The notes under the pieces are model-generated. The model saw nothing but the letters and a program-made list of their open reading frames with translations, had not been told where the DNA came from and did no database searches. Source: Acidobacteriota bacterium (GTDB lineage: Bacteria > Acidobacteriota > Vicinamibacteria > Vicinamibacterales > 2-12-FULL-66-21). Taken from it: a stretch of 61,896 bases of DNA. The translations under genes and the position numbers were made by a program. Location of the stretch: contig JBKPLP010000010.1 of the NCBI GenBank assembly GCA_046731735.1, positions 1 through 61,896 on the forward strand, in the 5' to 3' direction. Shown here one piece after another: positions 30,293-39,944 of this stretch (within the stretch, counting starts at the first letter, position 1; every line of letters begins with the position of its first letter).

Positions 30293-31148
30293 TCACGTCG
30301 GGTTCGAGCTCGAAGCTGAGGTCGGCGGCGGGCGCCGAGTGGGTGAGCGCGCCGACCGACACGTAGTCGGCGCCGGTCTTCGCCAGCTCCGCGATCCGTT
30401 CGAGCGTCACACCGCCCGAGAGCTCCGTCTTGGCGCGCCCGCCAATCCGCCGCACCGCCTCCCGGATCTGCTCTAGTGGAAGATTGTCGATCAGGATGAT
30501 GTGCGCGCCGGCGGCAATCGCCTCGTCGACCTGCTCGAGGCTCTGCGCCTCGATCTCGATCGGCATCTCCTGGCGCGCCGCTTTCATCCGGCGCACCACT
30601 TCCTGGACGCCGCCGCCGAGGCGGATATGGTTGTCCTTGATCAGAATCCCGTCGTCCAGGCCGGCACGGTGATTGGTGCCGCCACCGGCGCGCACAGCGT
30701 ATTTTTCCAGTGCACGGAGGGTCGGCGTCGTCTTGCGCGTGTCCAGGATGGTGATGCCGCCGGCGGCCGCGTCGACGTAGCGCCTGGTCAGCGTCGCGAT
30801 GCCGGAAAGGCGTTGCAGAAAGTTGAGCGCGGTGCGCTCCGCGGTCAGCATCGCGGCTGCGGAGCCGCGGACGTCGGCAACGACAGTGCCGCTCGAGGCG
30901 CGCGCGCTGTCGCGCACACGCTGGGTGAAGACCGCCGAAGGATCGAGCTGGCGAAATGCTTCGGCCGCGACGTCGAGCCCGGCGATGACGCAGTCGCACT
31001 TGGCGAGGATCACGCCACGCGCGTGCAACGCCGCATCGACGGTGGCTTCGGTGGTGACGTCGCCCCACCCCAGATCCTCGGCGAGCGCGCGGCGGACTGC
31101 CTCCCGGTAGAGCGCCGGTTCGAGCGGCGCAAACGGCACCGATTTCAC
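30285..31148 (-). CDS. nadC: Quinolinate phosphoribosyltransferase
   Basis: ERTALNFLQRLSGIAT, DTRKTTP, NHR, LIKDNH, SVGALTHS. Confidence 0.96.
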   Translation of the reverse strand: MKSVPFAPLEPALYREAVRRALAEDLGWGDVTTEATVDAALHARGVILAKCDCVIAGLDVAAEAFRQLDPSAVFTQRVRDSARASSGTVVADVRGSAAAMLTAERTALNFLQRLSGIATLTRRYVDAAAGGITILDTRKTTPTLRALEKYAVRAGGGTNHRAGLDDGILIKDNHIRLGGGVQEVVRRMKAARQEMPIEIEAQSLEQVDEAIAAGAHIILIDNLPLEQIREAVRRIGGRAKTELSGGVTLERIAELAKTGADYVSVGALTHSAPAADLSFELEPDVNV

Positions 31149-33745
31149 GTCGTCCGCTCCTCGCCGACGGAAGCGAGCTCGACGTCGACCTCCAACGCGT
31201 CGGCGGGAGCGGTCTCGAGCCGGGCGATCAGCCCGGCGGCACGCAAGTCTGCTTCGACCTCGCCAAGCAACGACAGCAGCGGTTCCGGCCCGCGCACGAT
31301 CGCACGCGCCACGGGAGTCTTCAGCGGCCGCTGCTCTTCCGACTTCTTCTTGCGAATGGCACCCAGCACCGCCGCCGCGAATTGCAGCGCGTCGACGCCG
31401 CGGGCATCCTCACGCCCTCCACACACCGACAGCACGCCGTCGGCCGACGGCCACGTCGCTCGATGAACCGATCCCTCGCGCCACCATGACCACACTTCTT
31501 CGCTGGCGAAGGGGATGAACGGGGCGAACAGGCGCAGCATGGTCGACAGCGCGGTCAGCAGCGCAGTGTTCGCGGACGCCGCCAGCGCGTCTCCCTGATC
31601 ACCGTAGCGGCGGCCTTTGACCAGCTCGAGGTAGTCGTCGCAGAACGACCAGAAGAACGTTTCCGTACGCTCGAGCGCCCGCGTGTAATTGAAGTCCTCG
31701 AGGTCGTTCGTCGCTTCACGGACGATCCGTGCGAGCGACGTCAGCAGTCCCCGGTCGACCATGGCGGTCACATCACCCTGTGGATCGGGACGGCCCAAAA
31801 CGAACTTGGAGGCGTTGAGCAGCTTGATCGCGAGCCGCCTTCCGACCTTCATCTGGGCCGGGTCGAACGCGGTATCGGTCCCTGGACGTCCACTCGCCGC
31901 CCAGTACCGTACGCCATCCGATCCGTGCTCCTCGAGGAGCCCCATCGGCGTCACGACGTTCCCCTTCGACTTCGACATCTTCTTGCGATCGGGGTCGAGG
32001 ACCCATCCGGAAATCGCCGCGTGCTTCCACGGCAGCGAGCCGAATTCGTAATGCGAGCGCAGCACCGTGTCGAACAGCCAGGTGCGGATGATGTCGTGCG
32101 CCTGCGGGCGAACGTCCATTGGGAAGACGCGCCCGAACAGGTCGGGATCTTCTTCCCATCGCGACACGATCAGAGGCGTCAACGACGACGTCGCCCAGGT
32201 GTCCATGATGTCGGGATCGCCGGCAAAGCCGCCCGGCTGATGACGTTGATCCTCGCGATACCCGTCGGGCACGTCCGTCGATGGATCGATCGGCAACCGC
32301 GCTTCAGCGGGAAGCAGCCGGGCCTCGTAGTCGATCGTCCCATCGGGCCGGACCTTGTACCAGAGCGGAAACGGGACGCCGAAAAACCTCTGCCGGCTGA
32401 TGCACCAATCCCCGGCGAGCCCGTTGACCCAGTTCTCGTACCGCGCCCGCATGTACGGCGGATGCCATTCCAGCTCGCGCCCGCAATGCAGCATCCCTTC
32501 GCGTGCTTCCATCGTCTTCACGAACCACTGACGGCTCGTCACGATCTCGAGCGGCCGATCGCCTTTCTCGTAGAACTTGACCTGGTGGGTGATCGCGCGC
32601 GGCTCGCCGGCCATGTCCCCCGCGGCCCTCAACTGATCGACGATACGCGCACGCGCCTTGGGGGCGGACAGGCCCGCGAGCTGGTTGTAGTGTTCCTGCG
32701 CCCGTGCGGCGTCGGTCGTTTCCCATCCCGTATCGCCCCATGTGACGGACTTGAACGCGCCGTTCGGCTGGATGATCGCGCGAACCGGAAGGCCCAGCTC
32801 TCGCCACCAGACCACGTCCGTGACGTCCCCAAAGGTACAAATCATCGCCACGCCCGTTCCCTTTTCCGGATCGGCCAGCGCGTGCGGCTTGACCGGCACG
32901 CGGACGCCGAAGAGCGGCGTGATCACGTCCCGTCCGAACAGCGGCTTGTACCGCTCGTCATCGGGATGCGCGACGAGCGCGACGCAGGCCGGAATCAGTT
33001 CAGGGCGCGTCGTGTCGATTTCGACGAACTGATCCGGGGCATCCGCCTGGCGAAAGCGGATCCGGTGGTACGCGCCGGGCTGCTCGCGATCCTCGAGCTC
33101 CGCCTGCGCGACCGCCGTACGGAAATCCACGTCCCAGAGCGTCGGAGCTTCGAGCTGATACGCGAGGTTCCGGCCAAGGAGGCGCAGGAACGATTTCTGC
33201 GACATGCACTGGGCGCGGCGATCGATCGTGGCGTAGGTGAGCGACCAGTCGACCGACAGCCCGAGATACCGCCATAACGCTTCAAACGCCTTCTCGTCCT
33301 CAGCTGTCAGCCTCGTGCAGAGCTCGATGAAGTTTGGACGCGAGACCGGAATCGGTTGCTTGCCCGGTTTGTCCGGCGGCGCGAACGCCGGATCGTACGG
33401 CAGCGACGGGTCGCAGCGGACGCCGAAATAGTTCTGGACGCGGCGTTCCGTCGGTAGCCCGTTGTCGTCCCAGCCCATCGGGTAGAACACGGCCTTGCCG
33501 CGCATCCGCTGATAGCGCGCGATCACATCGGTGTGGGTAAAGGAGAACACATGACCGACGTGGAGCGACCCGCTGACCGTGGGGGGCGGCGTGTCGATCG
33601 AGAAGATCTCCGCACGCGGGCGCGTGCGATCGAAGCCGTAGACCGCGTCGGCATCCCAACGCGCCATCCACTTCTGTTCGAGACCTTCGAGCGCCGGTTT
33701 ATCGGGAACGGTAACAGGATGATTCAGATCGAAGCCAGCAGGCAT
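31145..33745 (-). CDS. valS: Valyl-tRNA synthetase (type 2)
   Basis: PPPTVSGSLHVGH, GWDDNGLPTE, WCISRQR, KMSKS. Confidence 0.96.
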   Translation of the reverse strand: MPAGFDLNHPVTVPDKPALEGLEQKWMARWDADAVYGFDRTRPRAEIFSIDTPPPTVSGSLHVGHVFSFTHTDVIARYQRMRGKAVFYPMGWDDNGLPTERRVQNYFGVRCDPSLPYDPAFAPPDKPGKQPIPVSRPNFIELCTRLTAEDEKAFEALWRYLGLSVDWSLTYATIDRRAQCMSQKSFLRLLGRNLAYQLEAPTLWDVDFRTAVAQAELEDREQPGAYHRIRFRQADAPDQFVEIDTTRPELIPACVALVAHPDDERYKPLFGRDVITPLFGVRVPVKPHALADPEKGTGVAMICTFGDVTDVVWWRELGLPVRAIIQPNGAFKSVTWGDTGWETTDAARAQEHYNQLAGLSAPKARARIVDQLRAAGDMAGEPRAITHQVKFYEKGDRPLEIVTSRQWFVKTMEAREGMLHCGRELEWHPPYMRARYENWVNGLAGDWCISRQRFFGVPFPLWYKVRPDGTIDYEARLLPAEARLPIDPSTDVPDGYREDQRHQPGGFAGDPDIMDTWATSSLTPLIVSRWEEDPDLFGRVFPMDVRPQAHDIIRTWLFDTVLRSHYEFGSLPWKHAAISGWVLDPDRKKMSKSKGNVVTPMGLLEEHGSDGVRYWAASGRPGTDTAFDPAQMKVGRRLAIKLLNASKFVLGRPDPQGDVTAMVDRGLLTSLARIVREATNDLEDFNYTRALERTETFFWSFCDDYLELVKGRRYGDQGDALAASANTALLTALSTMLRLFAPFIPFASEEVWSWWREGSVHRATWPSADGVLSVCGGREDARGVDALQFAAAVLGAIRKKKSEEQRPLKTPVARAIVRGPEPLLSLLGEVEADLRAAGLIARLETAPADALEVDVELASVGEERTT

Positions 33746-33771
33746 CGAGCTGATCGTAACGCATTACCGCC

Positions 33772-34794
33772 TCAGCCCCGCTTGACGCGCTCGATTTCTT
33801 CCCGGACGAGCCGCTCCGCCGCCGCGAGGACGCTGTCTCCCATGCGCGCGATGACCCGCCGCACCACCTCGTCGATGACGTCGTCGCCGATCTGCGCTCC
33901 GGCTGGTCCGATCGTCGACGGCGGGATCTGCCGCGACTGCTCGGCTGAAAGAAGCGCCGCAAACGCCTCCGCCAGCGACGGCACCGGCACCGCAGCGGCC
34001 GGCGGTGGCACGCTCGGCGCGGCGGCTGGAGCAGCCGGTGTCAACGGCGGCGCCGGCGCGGCCGCGGGCGTGTGGTTCGGGATCACGTCAACAGGCCGCG
34101 GCTCGATGGCACCCGGCTTCGACGGATCGCCCGTCAGATCGGGATCCCAGCCGCCCAGTGCGTCGGGAGAGAACACTGCCGGCGCGGGCGGAGCCGATGG
34201 GGCCGAAGGAAGCGGGGCCGTCGTCGCATCCGCAGGAGTCCCGCCGTCGAGATTGGCAAACGCCGCGTCGAGTCGATCGAAGTAATCCTCGAGCGAGGCG
34301 GAGGTGGCCGGTGCGGCCTCGGATGACGCGACGCCTCCCCGATCGAAATCAGTGTTGGAGGGCCCCCCGGGCCGCGGCGCCGGCTGCGAGCCGGTCTGCG
34401 GCTGTGCCCACAGGCCCGTGGGCCGCCGCCCTGCGAGCAGATCCTTGACGCGGTTGATGACCATTTGCGGCTCGAACGGCTTGACGAGGACGCCGTCGCA
34501 TCCGACGGCGCGCGCGCGCGTCTCGTCGACCGGCTCGAACGCACCGGTCAAGAGAAGCACGGGAATGTGCGCGAGCTGCGGATCCCCCTTGATGAAGGCG
34601 GCGACTTCGTAGCCGTCGCGCTCGGGCATGCCGACGTCGGCGAGCACGATGTCGGGGCGCTCCGCCTGGATACTGGCGATCGCTTTCATCCCGTCGCCGA
34701 CTGCCTGGACCTGTACGTCCTCGTCGGCAAACGTCAGCTCGATGACGCGCTGAATGGTGACGCTATCGTCGGCAAGCAGCAGCTTGTGCGGCAT
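33772..34794 (-). CDS. Response regulator: REC domain, Pro-rich linker, short helical tail (RomR-like)
   Basis: LLADDS, LADVGMP, KPFE; no DNA-binding output domain; tail AERLVREEIER. Confidence 0.85.
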   Translation of the reverse strand: MPHKLLLADDSVTIQRVIELTFADEDVQVQAVGDGMKAIASIQAERPDIVLADVGMPERDGYEVAAFIKGDPQLAHIPVLLLTGAFEPVDETRARAVGCDGVLVKPFEPQMVINRVKDLLAGRRPTGLWAQPQTGSQPAPRPGGPSNTDFDRGGVASSEAAPATSASLEDYFDRLDAAFANLDGGTPADATTAPLPSAPSAPPAPAVFSPDALGGWDPDLTGDPSKPGAIEPRPVDVIPNHTPAAAPAPPLTPAAPAAAPSVPPPAAAVPVPSLAEAFAALLSAEQSRQIPPSTIGPAGAQIGDDVIDEVVRRVIARMGDSVLAAAERLVREEIERVKRG

Positions 34795-35201
34795 CAGATC
34801 TGCTCCACCCGCGGGCGCACGTTCTGCGAGATGAAGTCGATGATCTCCTGCATCGGCGTGCCCGGCAGAAAGATGCCCTTCACGCCGAGGGTGCGCAGCT
34901 TCGCGATGTCGACATCCGGAATGATGCCGCCGACCACGACAAGGACGTCATCCAGCCCTTTCTCCCTGAGCAGCTCCATGACGCGCGGACAGATGTGCAT
35001 GTGCGCGCCGGAAAGAATCGACAAACCGATGGCATCCGCGTCCTCCTGGAGCGCCGCGGCGACGATCTGTTCGGGCGTCTGGCGCAGGCCGGTGTAGATG
35101 ACCTCCATGCCGGCATCGCGCAGCGCACGGGCAATCACCTTCGCGCCGCGATCGTGGCCATCGAGCCCGGGCTTGGCGATGACGACGCGGATTTTGCTCA
35201 A
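34794..35201 (-). CDS. Acyl-CoA mutase small (B12-binding) subunit
   Basis: [11 protein letters not shown] (DxHxxG), SILSGAH, GGII; TTG start overlaps the upstream stop. Confidence 0.93.
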   Translation of the reverse strand: MSKIRVVIAKPGLDGHDRGAKVIARALRDAGMEVIYTGLRQTPEQIVAAALQEDADAIGLSILSGAHMHICPRVMELLREKGLDDVLVVVGGIIPDVDIAKLRTLGVKGIFLPGTPMQEIIDFISQNVRPRVEQI

Positions 35202-36865
35202 ATCAACGGCTCCTCTTCGTATTCGCCCCAGACCTCCCGGAGCGCATCGCACATCTCGCCGACCGTGGCATAAGCCCGGACACAGTCGAGGAGCGGGTAC
35301 ATCGTGTTCCCGGAACCGCGGGCGCTGTCCCGGAGTGCGTCCAGCGAGCGCCGGACCGCATCCTTGTCTCGCGTCCGCTTCAAGTCGGCGAGGCGGGCAA
35401 GTTGTGTTTCGGCCGTTGTCTCGTCGATATACAGGATCGGGAAGGGCGGCTCGTCTTCCTGAACGTAGTCGTTGACTCCGACGATGATCTTCTCGCGCTT
35501 CTCAACCGCCTGCTGGAACGTGTACGACGCCTCCGCAATCTCGCGCTGGGGATAGCCCCGCTCGATCGCCTCGACCATCCCGCCCATGCGATCGATCGTC
35601 GAGAAGTAGTCGTAGGCGCCGCGCTCCATGTCGAGCGTGAGACGTTCGAGGAACCACGATCCCCCGAGCGGGTCGACGACATTCGTGACGCCGCTTTCGT
35701 GAGCGATCAGCTGCTGCGTGCGCAGCGCCAGCGTCGCGGCTTCGGCCGTCGGCAGCGCGAGCGCCTCGTCGAGCGAGTTGGTGTGCAGCGAATTGGTGCC
35801 GCCGAGGACTGCCGCCAGCGCCTGGAGCGCGGTGCGGACGACATTGTTGTACGGCTGCTGGGCGGTGAGCGATACGCCAGCGGTCTGGGTGTGGAATCGG
35901 AGCTTCCACGACCGCTCGTGCTTCGCGTGGAAGCGATCGCGCATGACCTGCGCCCAGATCTTTCGTGCGGCGCGGAACTTGGCGATTTCCTCGAAGAAAT
36001 CGCTGTGCGAGTTGAAAAAGAAAGAGATACGGGGCGCGAACTCGTCAACGTCGAGGCCGGCGTCGATGCCGTACCGGATGTACTCGATGCCATCTCGCAA
36101 CGTGAACGCGAGCTCTTGCAGCGCGGTCGCCCCGGCCTCGCGAATGTGATACCCGCTGACCGACACGGTATTCCACCGCGGCACTTCCTTCGCGCAGAAC
36201 GCGAAGATGTCGGTGATCAGCCGCATCGATTCGCGCGGCGGGTAGATGTACTCCTTCTGCGCGATGAATTCCTTCAGGATGTCGTTCTGGATCGTCCCCG
36301 ACAGCGTCCGCCAGTCAGCTCCCTGCTTCTCGGCAACGACGAGGTACATCGCGAAAATCATCGGCGCAGGCGAGTTGATCGTCATCGACGTCGTGATCTC
36401 GCCGAGGCCAATCCCTTCGAAGAGACGCTCCATGTCGGCTAACGACGCGATGCTCACGCCACACTTCCCGACCTCGCCGAGCGAAAGATCGTGGTCCGGA
36501 TCGCGCCCCATGAGCGTCGGCAGATCGAATGCCACGCTCAACCCGGTTCCTCCAGCGGCGAGCAGCGCCTTGTAGCGGCTGTTCGTTTCCTCCGGCGTTC
36601 CGAATCCAGCGAACTGCCGCATCGTCCAGAGCTTGCCGCGGTAGCCGGTTGGATGAATACCGCGCGTGTAGGGAAACTCGCCGGGATTGTTGAGCTCGCG
36701 ACCGTAATCGAAGCCGGGCAGATCCTCCGGCACGTAAAGGCGATCAATCGGCCGGCCGGAGATTGTCGTGAACGGGACAGTGCGCTCGGGCGCCTTCTTC
36801 AGCGTCGGTTCGAGCACCTCGCGCTCCCACCTCTGCTTCGCTGTATCCGACGCCGCAGTTTTCAT
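35198..36865 (-). CDS. Acyl-CoA mutase large subunit (isobutyryl-CoA mutase-like residues)
   Basis: [45 protein letters not shown]. Confidence 0.93.
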   Translation of the reverse strand: MKTAASDTAKQRWEREVLEPTLKKAPERTVPFTTISGRPIDRLYVPEDLPGFDYGRELNNPGEFPYTRGIHPTGYRGKLWTMRQFAGFGTPEETNSRYKALLAAGGTGLSVAFDLPTLMGRDPDHDLSLGEVGKCGVSIASLADMERLFEGIGLGEITTSMTINSPAPMIFAMYLVVAEKQGADWRTLSGTIQNDILKEFIAQKEYIYPPRESMRLITDIFAFCAKEVPRWNTVSVSGYHIREAGATALQELAFTLRDGIEYIRYGIDAGLDVDEFAPRISFFFNSHSDFFEEIAKFRAARKIWAQVMRDRFHAKHERSWKLRFHTQTAGVSLTAQQPYNNVVRTALQALAAVLGGTNSLHTNSLDEALALPTAEAATLALRTQQLIAHESGVTNVVDPLGGSWFLERLTLDMERGAYDYFSTIDRMGGMVEAIERGYPQREIAEASYTFQQAVEKREKIIVGVNDYVQEDEPPFPILYIDETTAETQLARLADLKRTRDKDAVRRSLDALRDSARGSGNTMYPLLDCVRAYATVGEMCDALREVWGEYEEEPLI

Positions 36866-36897
36866 GCTGAAGGCATTATACGGGCCCTTGGAGTGTC

Positions 36898-36950
36898 CTC
36901 AGGCCGGCCTGAGTGTTGTCGAAGGTCGTGTGCTGAGCGTTGTTCGAAGG
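36898..36950. repeat. Degenerate CTGAG..GTCGAAGG repeat copies
   Basis: ctcaggccggcctgagtgttgtcgaagg and ctgagcgttgttcgaagg, related to 14518-14559. Confidence 0.55.
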
Positions 36951-36979
36951 AGAGTCGGGTGGTCAGGACTGGCGGAGCG

Positions 36980-37006
36980 ATGCGCGGGGCAAGATGCCCC
37001 GCGCAT
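36980..37006. terminator. Hairpin just downstream of the collagen-like gene
   Basis: ATGCGCGGGGCA-AGA-TGCCCCGCGCAT. Confidence 0.6.
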
Positions 37007-37017
37007 TCTGGGGAGCC

Positions 37018-38337
37018 TCAGTTAAGCACGTTGGCGCATACGGCGTAGACACGGAGTTGGACGGTCGCCGCGCTCTCCTGGTTGAGGCGAAGCGTGACCT
37101 TCCACGTATCAACGGTCAACGGGTACGACGCGACCGGGGCCAGGTTGAAGCCGATGGAGCTCTCATGGCCGCCGCCCAGGACGCGTTTGCCGGTCGGGCA
37201 CGTGACGGTCATCGTGGTGGTGCCGTTGCCGGCGACGCCCACGCTCACCAATCCCGTCGAGACCACCTGATACCCGCTTACCCCCGGGTCGCCCTTATCA
37301 CCTTTCGGTCCCTGCGCCCCGGTGGCGCCGGTCGGACCTGCCGGACCTGTGGCACCTGCCGGACCTGTGGGACCTGTGGGCCCTGCCGGGCCGGCGGGAC
37401 CTGCCGCGCCGGTGTCCCCCTTCGGGCCAATCGGACCAATCTCACCTTGAAGTCCCTGCGGACCCTGTGGTCCCTGCGGACCTGCCGCACCCGTGTCGCC
37501 CTTCGGGCCGATCGGGCCGACCTCACCTTGAGGTCCCTGCGGACCCTGTGGCCCCTGCGGACCTGCGGCGCCCGTGTCGCCCTTCGGGCCCTGCGGGCCA
37601 ATTTCGCCCTGCGATCCCGCAGGCCCCATCGGGCCGGCTTCACCCTGAGGTCCTGCCGGACCCGCTGCGCCCGTGTCACCCTTCGGCCCTGCGGGCCCAG
37701 CTTCGCCAGGAAGCCCCGGCGCTCCCTGTGGCCCTTGCGGCCCCAGTGGGCCTGCTGGTCCTGCTGGCCCGGTGAAGCCCTGCGGCCCCTGGGCACCAGT
37801 CTCGCCCTTCGGCCCCTGCGAACCCGCCGGGCCCTGCGGTCCTGCCGGACCCGCTGGACCCGCCGGGCCTGCCGGACCCTGTGAACCTGCTGCGCCGGTA
37901 TCTCCCTTCAGGCCCTGCGGACCCGCCGGGCCGGCCGGTCCCTGCGGACCCTGACCTGGGGTGCCGACGCCGACGTTGAACACATCGCGATCTTTCTCCG
38001 CCGTGCCGCGCTGCACGGTCAAGAGGTAGGTGCCATCCGGGACCGCCGCCGGAAGGAAAACAACGAGCTGCGTGCTCGTCGAGCTGATGACCGTCATCGA
38101 CTGCGTTTCGAGCCAGACCTGCGGCGGCTGGTTGCCAAACGCGATTCCCTGGACCATCAGCGTCTGGCTCGTGCGATTGACGGTCGCGCTCGTGATCACG
38201 AGTTGATCCGAAGCTGCCGTCGTCGTTGCCACCGACAGCGGCTGCGAGAGCGATTTTTTCTGCTGTGCATAAGCGAGCGTCGTCCCCAGCAGGACGAACA
38301 TCAGCGCCACGGCGAAGCTTCTGGTGGTCAAACGCAT
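37018..38337 (-). CDS. Secreted collagen-like protein (75 uninterrupted Gly-X-Y triplets)
   Basis: Signal peptide (AYA-Q), beta-rich N-domain, [12 protein letters not shown] repeats, C-domain [12 protein letters not shown]...VYAVC; GGAGG RBS. Confidence 0.9.
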   Translation of the reverse strand: MRLTTRSFAVALMFVLLGTTLAYAQQKKSLSQPLSVATTTAASDQLVITSATVNRTSQTLMVQGIAFGNQPPQVWLETQSMTVISSTSTQLVVFLPAAVPDGTYLLTVQRGTAEKDRDVFNVGVGTPGQGPQGPAGPAGPQGLKGDTGAAGSQGPAGPAGPAGPAGPQGPAGSQGPKGETGAQGPQGFTGPAGPAGPLGPQGPQGAPGLPGEAGPAGPKGDTGAAGPAGPQGEAGPMGPAGSQGEIGPQGPKGDTGAAGPQGPQGPQGPQGEVGPIGPKGDTGAAGPQGPQGPQGLQGEIGPIGPKGDTGAAGPAGPAGPTGPTGPAGATGPAGPTGATGAQGPKGDKGDPGVSGYQVVSTGLVSVGVAGNGTTTMTVTCPTGKRVLGGGHESSIGFNLAPVASYPLTVDTWKVTLRLNQESAATVQLRVYAVCANVLN

Positions 38338-38370
38338 AAAATGGCCTCCGGGCATTCGCCTACCGGTTGA

Positions 38371-38385
38371 GCAAGCCCAAGGCCA
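38371..38385 (-). promoter_or_regulatory. Sigma-54 (-24/-12) promoter
   Basis: Minus strand TGGCCTTGGGCTTGC (GG-N10-GC), 33 nt upstream of the collagen-like ATG. Confidence 0.65.
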
Positions 38386-38401
38386 GCCCGGCCATAAACT
38401 G

Positions 38402-38477
38402 TAACTTGTTGATGTATCAGGAGTTAGCAGTGCGCTGTGGGTGTGCGGCGCGCGCCGTAGTGCGCAGATTTGGTGCA
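38402..38477. promoter_or_regulatory. IHF-like site and two NtrC-like enhancer boxes
   Basis: Minus strand ATCAA-CAAG-TTA (38402-38413); TGCGC-N7-GTGCG (38431-38447) and TGCGC-N7-GTGCA (38461-38477). Confidence 0.55.
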
Positions 38478-38635
38478 CTAAGAACAGATTTGAGATGCCA
38501 TTGAATGACTTTGGAGGACATTATAGTCATACATAACCCACCTTGACTTGCCAGGAAAGGCAGCGGTAGCTTGGTCCGTTTGTGTTGCGACGACCGCGCA
38601 CGTTCAGGCATCGCCCGCACGGAAGCAGGAGTCAC

Positions 38636-39886
38636 ATGGAAGCAGGCGGCAGCATCTTCAACGCGATGCTCCAGGAATTCGATGGAGCGGCGCGTCTGCT
38701 CGGCCTCGACCCGGGCATCTGGAAAATCCTCACACACCCCAAGCGGCAGATCACGGTCTCGTGCCCGATTCAGATGGACAACGGGGAAATCGAGGTCTTC
38801 ACCGGCTACCGGGTTCAGTACAACATCACGCTCGGTCCCGCGAAGGGAGGCATTCGCTACCATCCGGATGTGACGCTCGACGAAGTCACCGCGCTCGCCG
38901 CGTGGATGACGTGGAAATGCGCCGTGGCTCACGTGCCGTTCGGCGGCGGCAAGGGAGGCGTCATCTGCGATCCGACCCGCATGTCGCGCCGCGAGCTCGA
39001 GGCGCTGACGCGGCGGTACGTCGCGGAAATCATCGACGCGATCGGCCCGGAGAAGGACGTCCCGGCGCCCGACGTCAACACGAACGATCAGATCATGGCG
39101 TGGGTGATGGACACCTACAGCATGCACGTGGGCCATACCTCGACCGCCGTCGTGACCGGCAAGCCGGTCGAGATGGGCGGCTCGCTGGGGCGGCGCGAAG
39201 CGACGGGACGCGGCGTGATGATCGTCACGCGCGAGGCGGCCAAACATCTTGGCTTCGACATCAAGGGCGCGACGGTTGCCGTCCAGGGATTCGGTAACGT
39301 CGGCTCGGTGTCGGCGGATCTGCTCGCGAAGATCGGCGCGCGGATCGTCGCGGTGACCGACTGGAAGGGAGGCGTCTACAACGCGACGGGACTCGACATC
39401 GAAAAGATGCTCGACTACGCGAAACAGCACAAGACGATCGACGGCTTCCCCGGCGGCGAGCCGCTCGAGAACGATCAGCTGTTCGGACTCGACGTCGACG
39501 TCCTCGTGCCCGCGGCCCTCGAGAACCAGATCACGATGGAGAACGCCCCCATCATCAAGGCGAAAGTGGTCGCGGAAGGCGCCAACGGGCCGACCACGCC
39601 GGAGGCGCACAAGCACCTGCACGAACGCGGCATCTTCGTGATCCCCGACATCCTCGCCAATGCCGGTGGGGTAACGACGTCATATTTCGAGTGGGTGCAG
39701 GACCGGCACGGCTACTTCTGGTCGGAGGACGAGGTCAACAAGCGCCTCGAAGCGAAAATGTGCGAAGCCTTCGACGACGTGCTGAAGACGTCGGTCAAAT
39801 ACAAGGCCGACATGCGTACCGCCGCCTACATCGTGGCCATCAATCGGGTAGCGACGGTGACGAAGATGCGGGGGATGTATGCGTGA
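38636..39886 (+). CDS. gdhA: Glu/Leu/Phe/Val dehydrogenase (glutamate dehydrogenase)
   Basis: [48 protein letters not shown]; AGGAG RBS. Confidence 0.9.
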   Translation: MEAGGSIFNAMLQEFDGAARLLGLDPGIWKILTHPKRQITVSCPIQMDNGEIEVFTGYRVQYNITLGPAKGGIRYHPDVTLDEVTALAAWMTWKCAVAHVPFGGGKGGVICDPTRMSRRELEALTRRYVAEIIDAIGPEKDVPAPDVNTNDQIMAWVMDTYSMHVGHTSTAVVTGKPVEMGGSLGRREATGRGVMIVTREAAKHLGFDIKGATVAVQGFGNVGSVSADLLAKIGARIVAVTDWKGGVYNATGLDIEKMLDYAKQHKTIDGFPGGEPLENDQLFGLDVDVLVPAALENQITMENAPIIKAKVVAEGANGPTTPEAHKHLHERGIFVIPDILANAGGVTTSYFEWVQDRHGYFWSEDEVNKRLEAKMCEAFDDVLKTSVKYKADMRTAAYIVAINRVATVTKMRGMYA

Positions 39887-39901
39887 AGTTCAGCTTGGGT
39901 T

Positions 39902-39931
39902 GTAGGGCGGGGTCTTAAGACCCCGCCCTAC
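39902..39931. repeat. Perfect 30-bp palindrome with GTAG at both ends
   Basis: GTAGGGCGGGGTCTT-AAGACCCCGCCCTAC between convergent genes. Confidence 0.85.
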
Positions 39932-39944
39932 CGACCGGAACGCC

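Noticed and set aside
37018-38337. Phage tail fibre or prophage remnant
   Set aside because: It has a Sec signal peptide and its own promoter, and no phage genes are adjacent.
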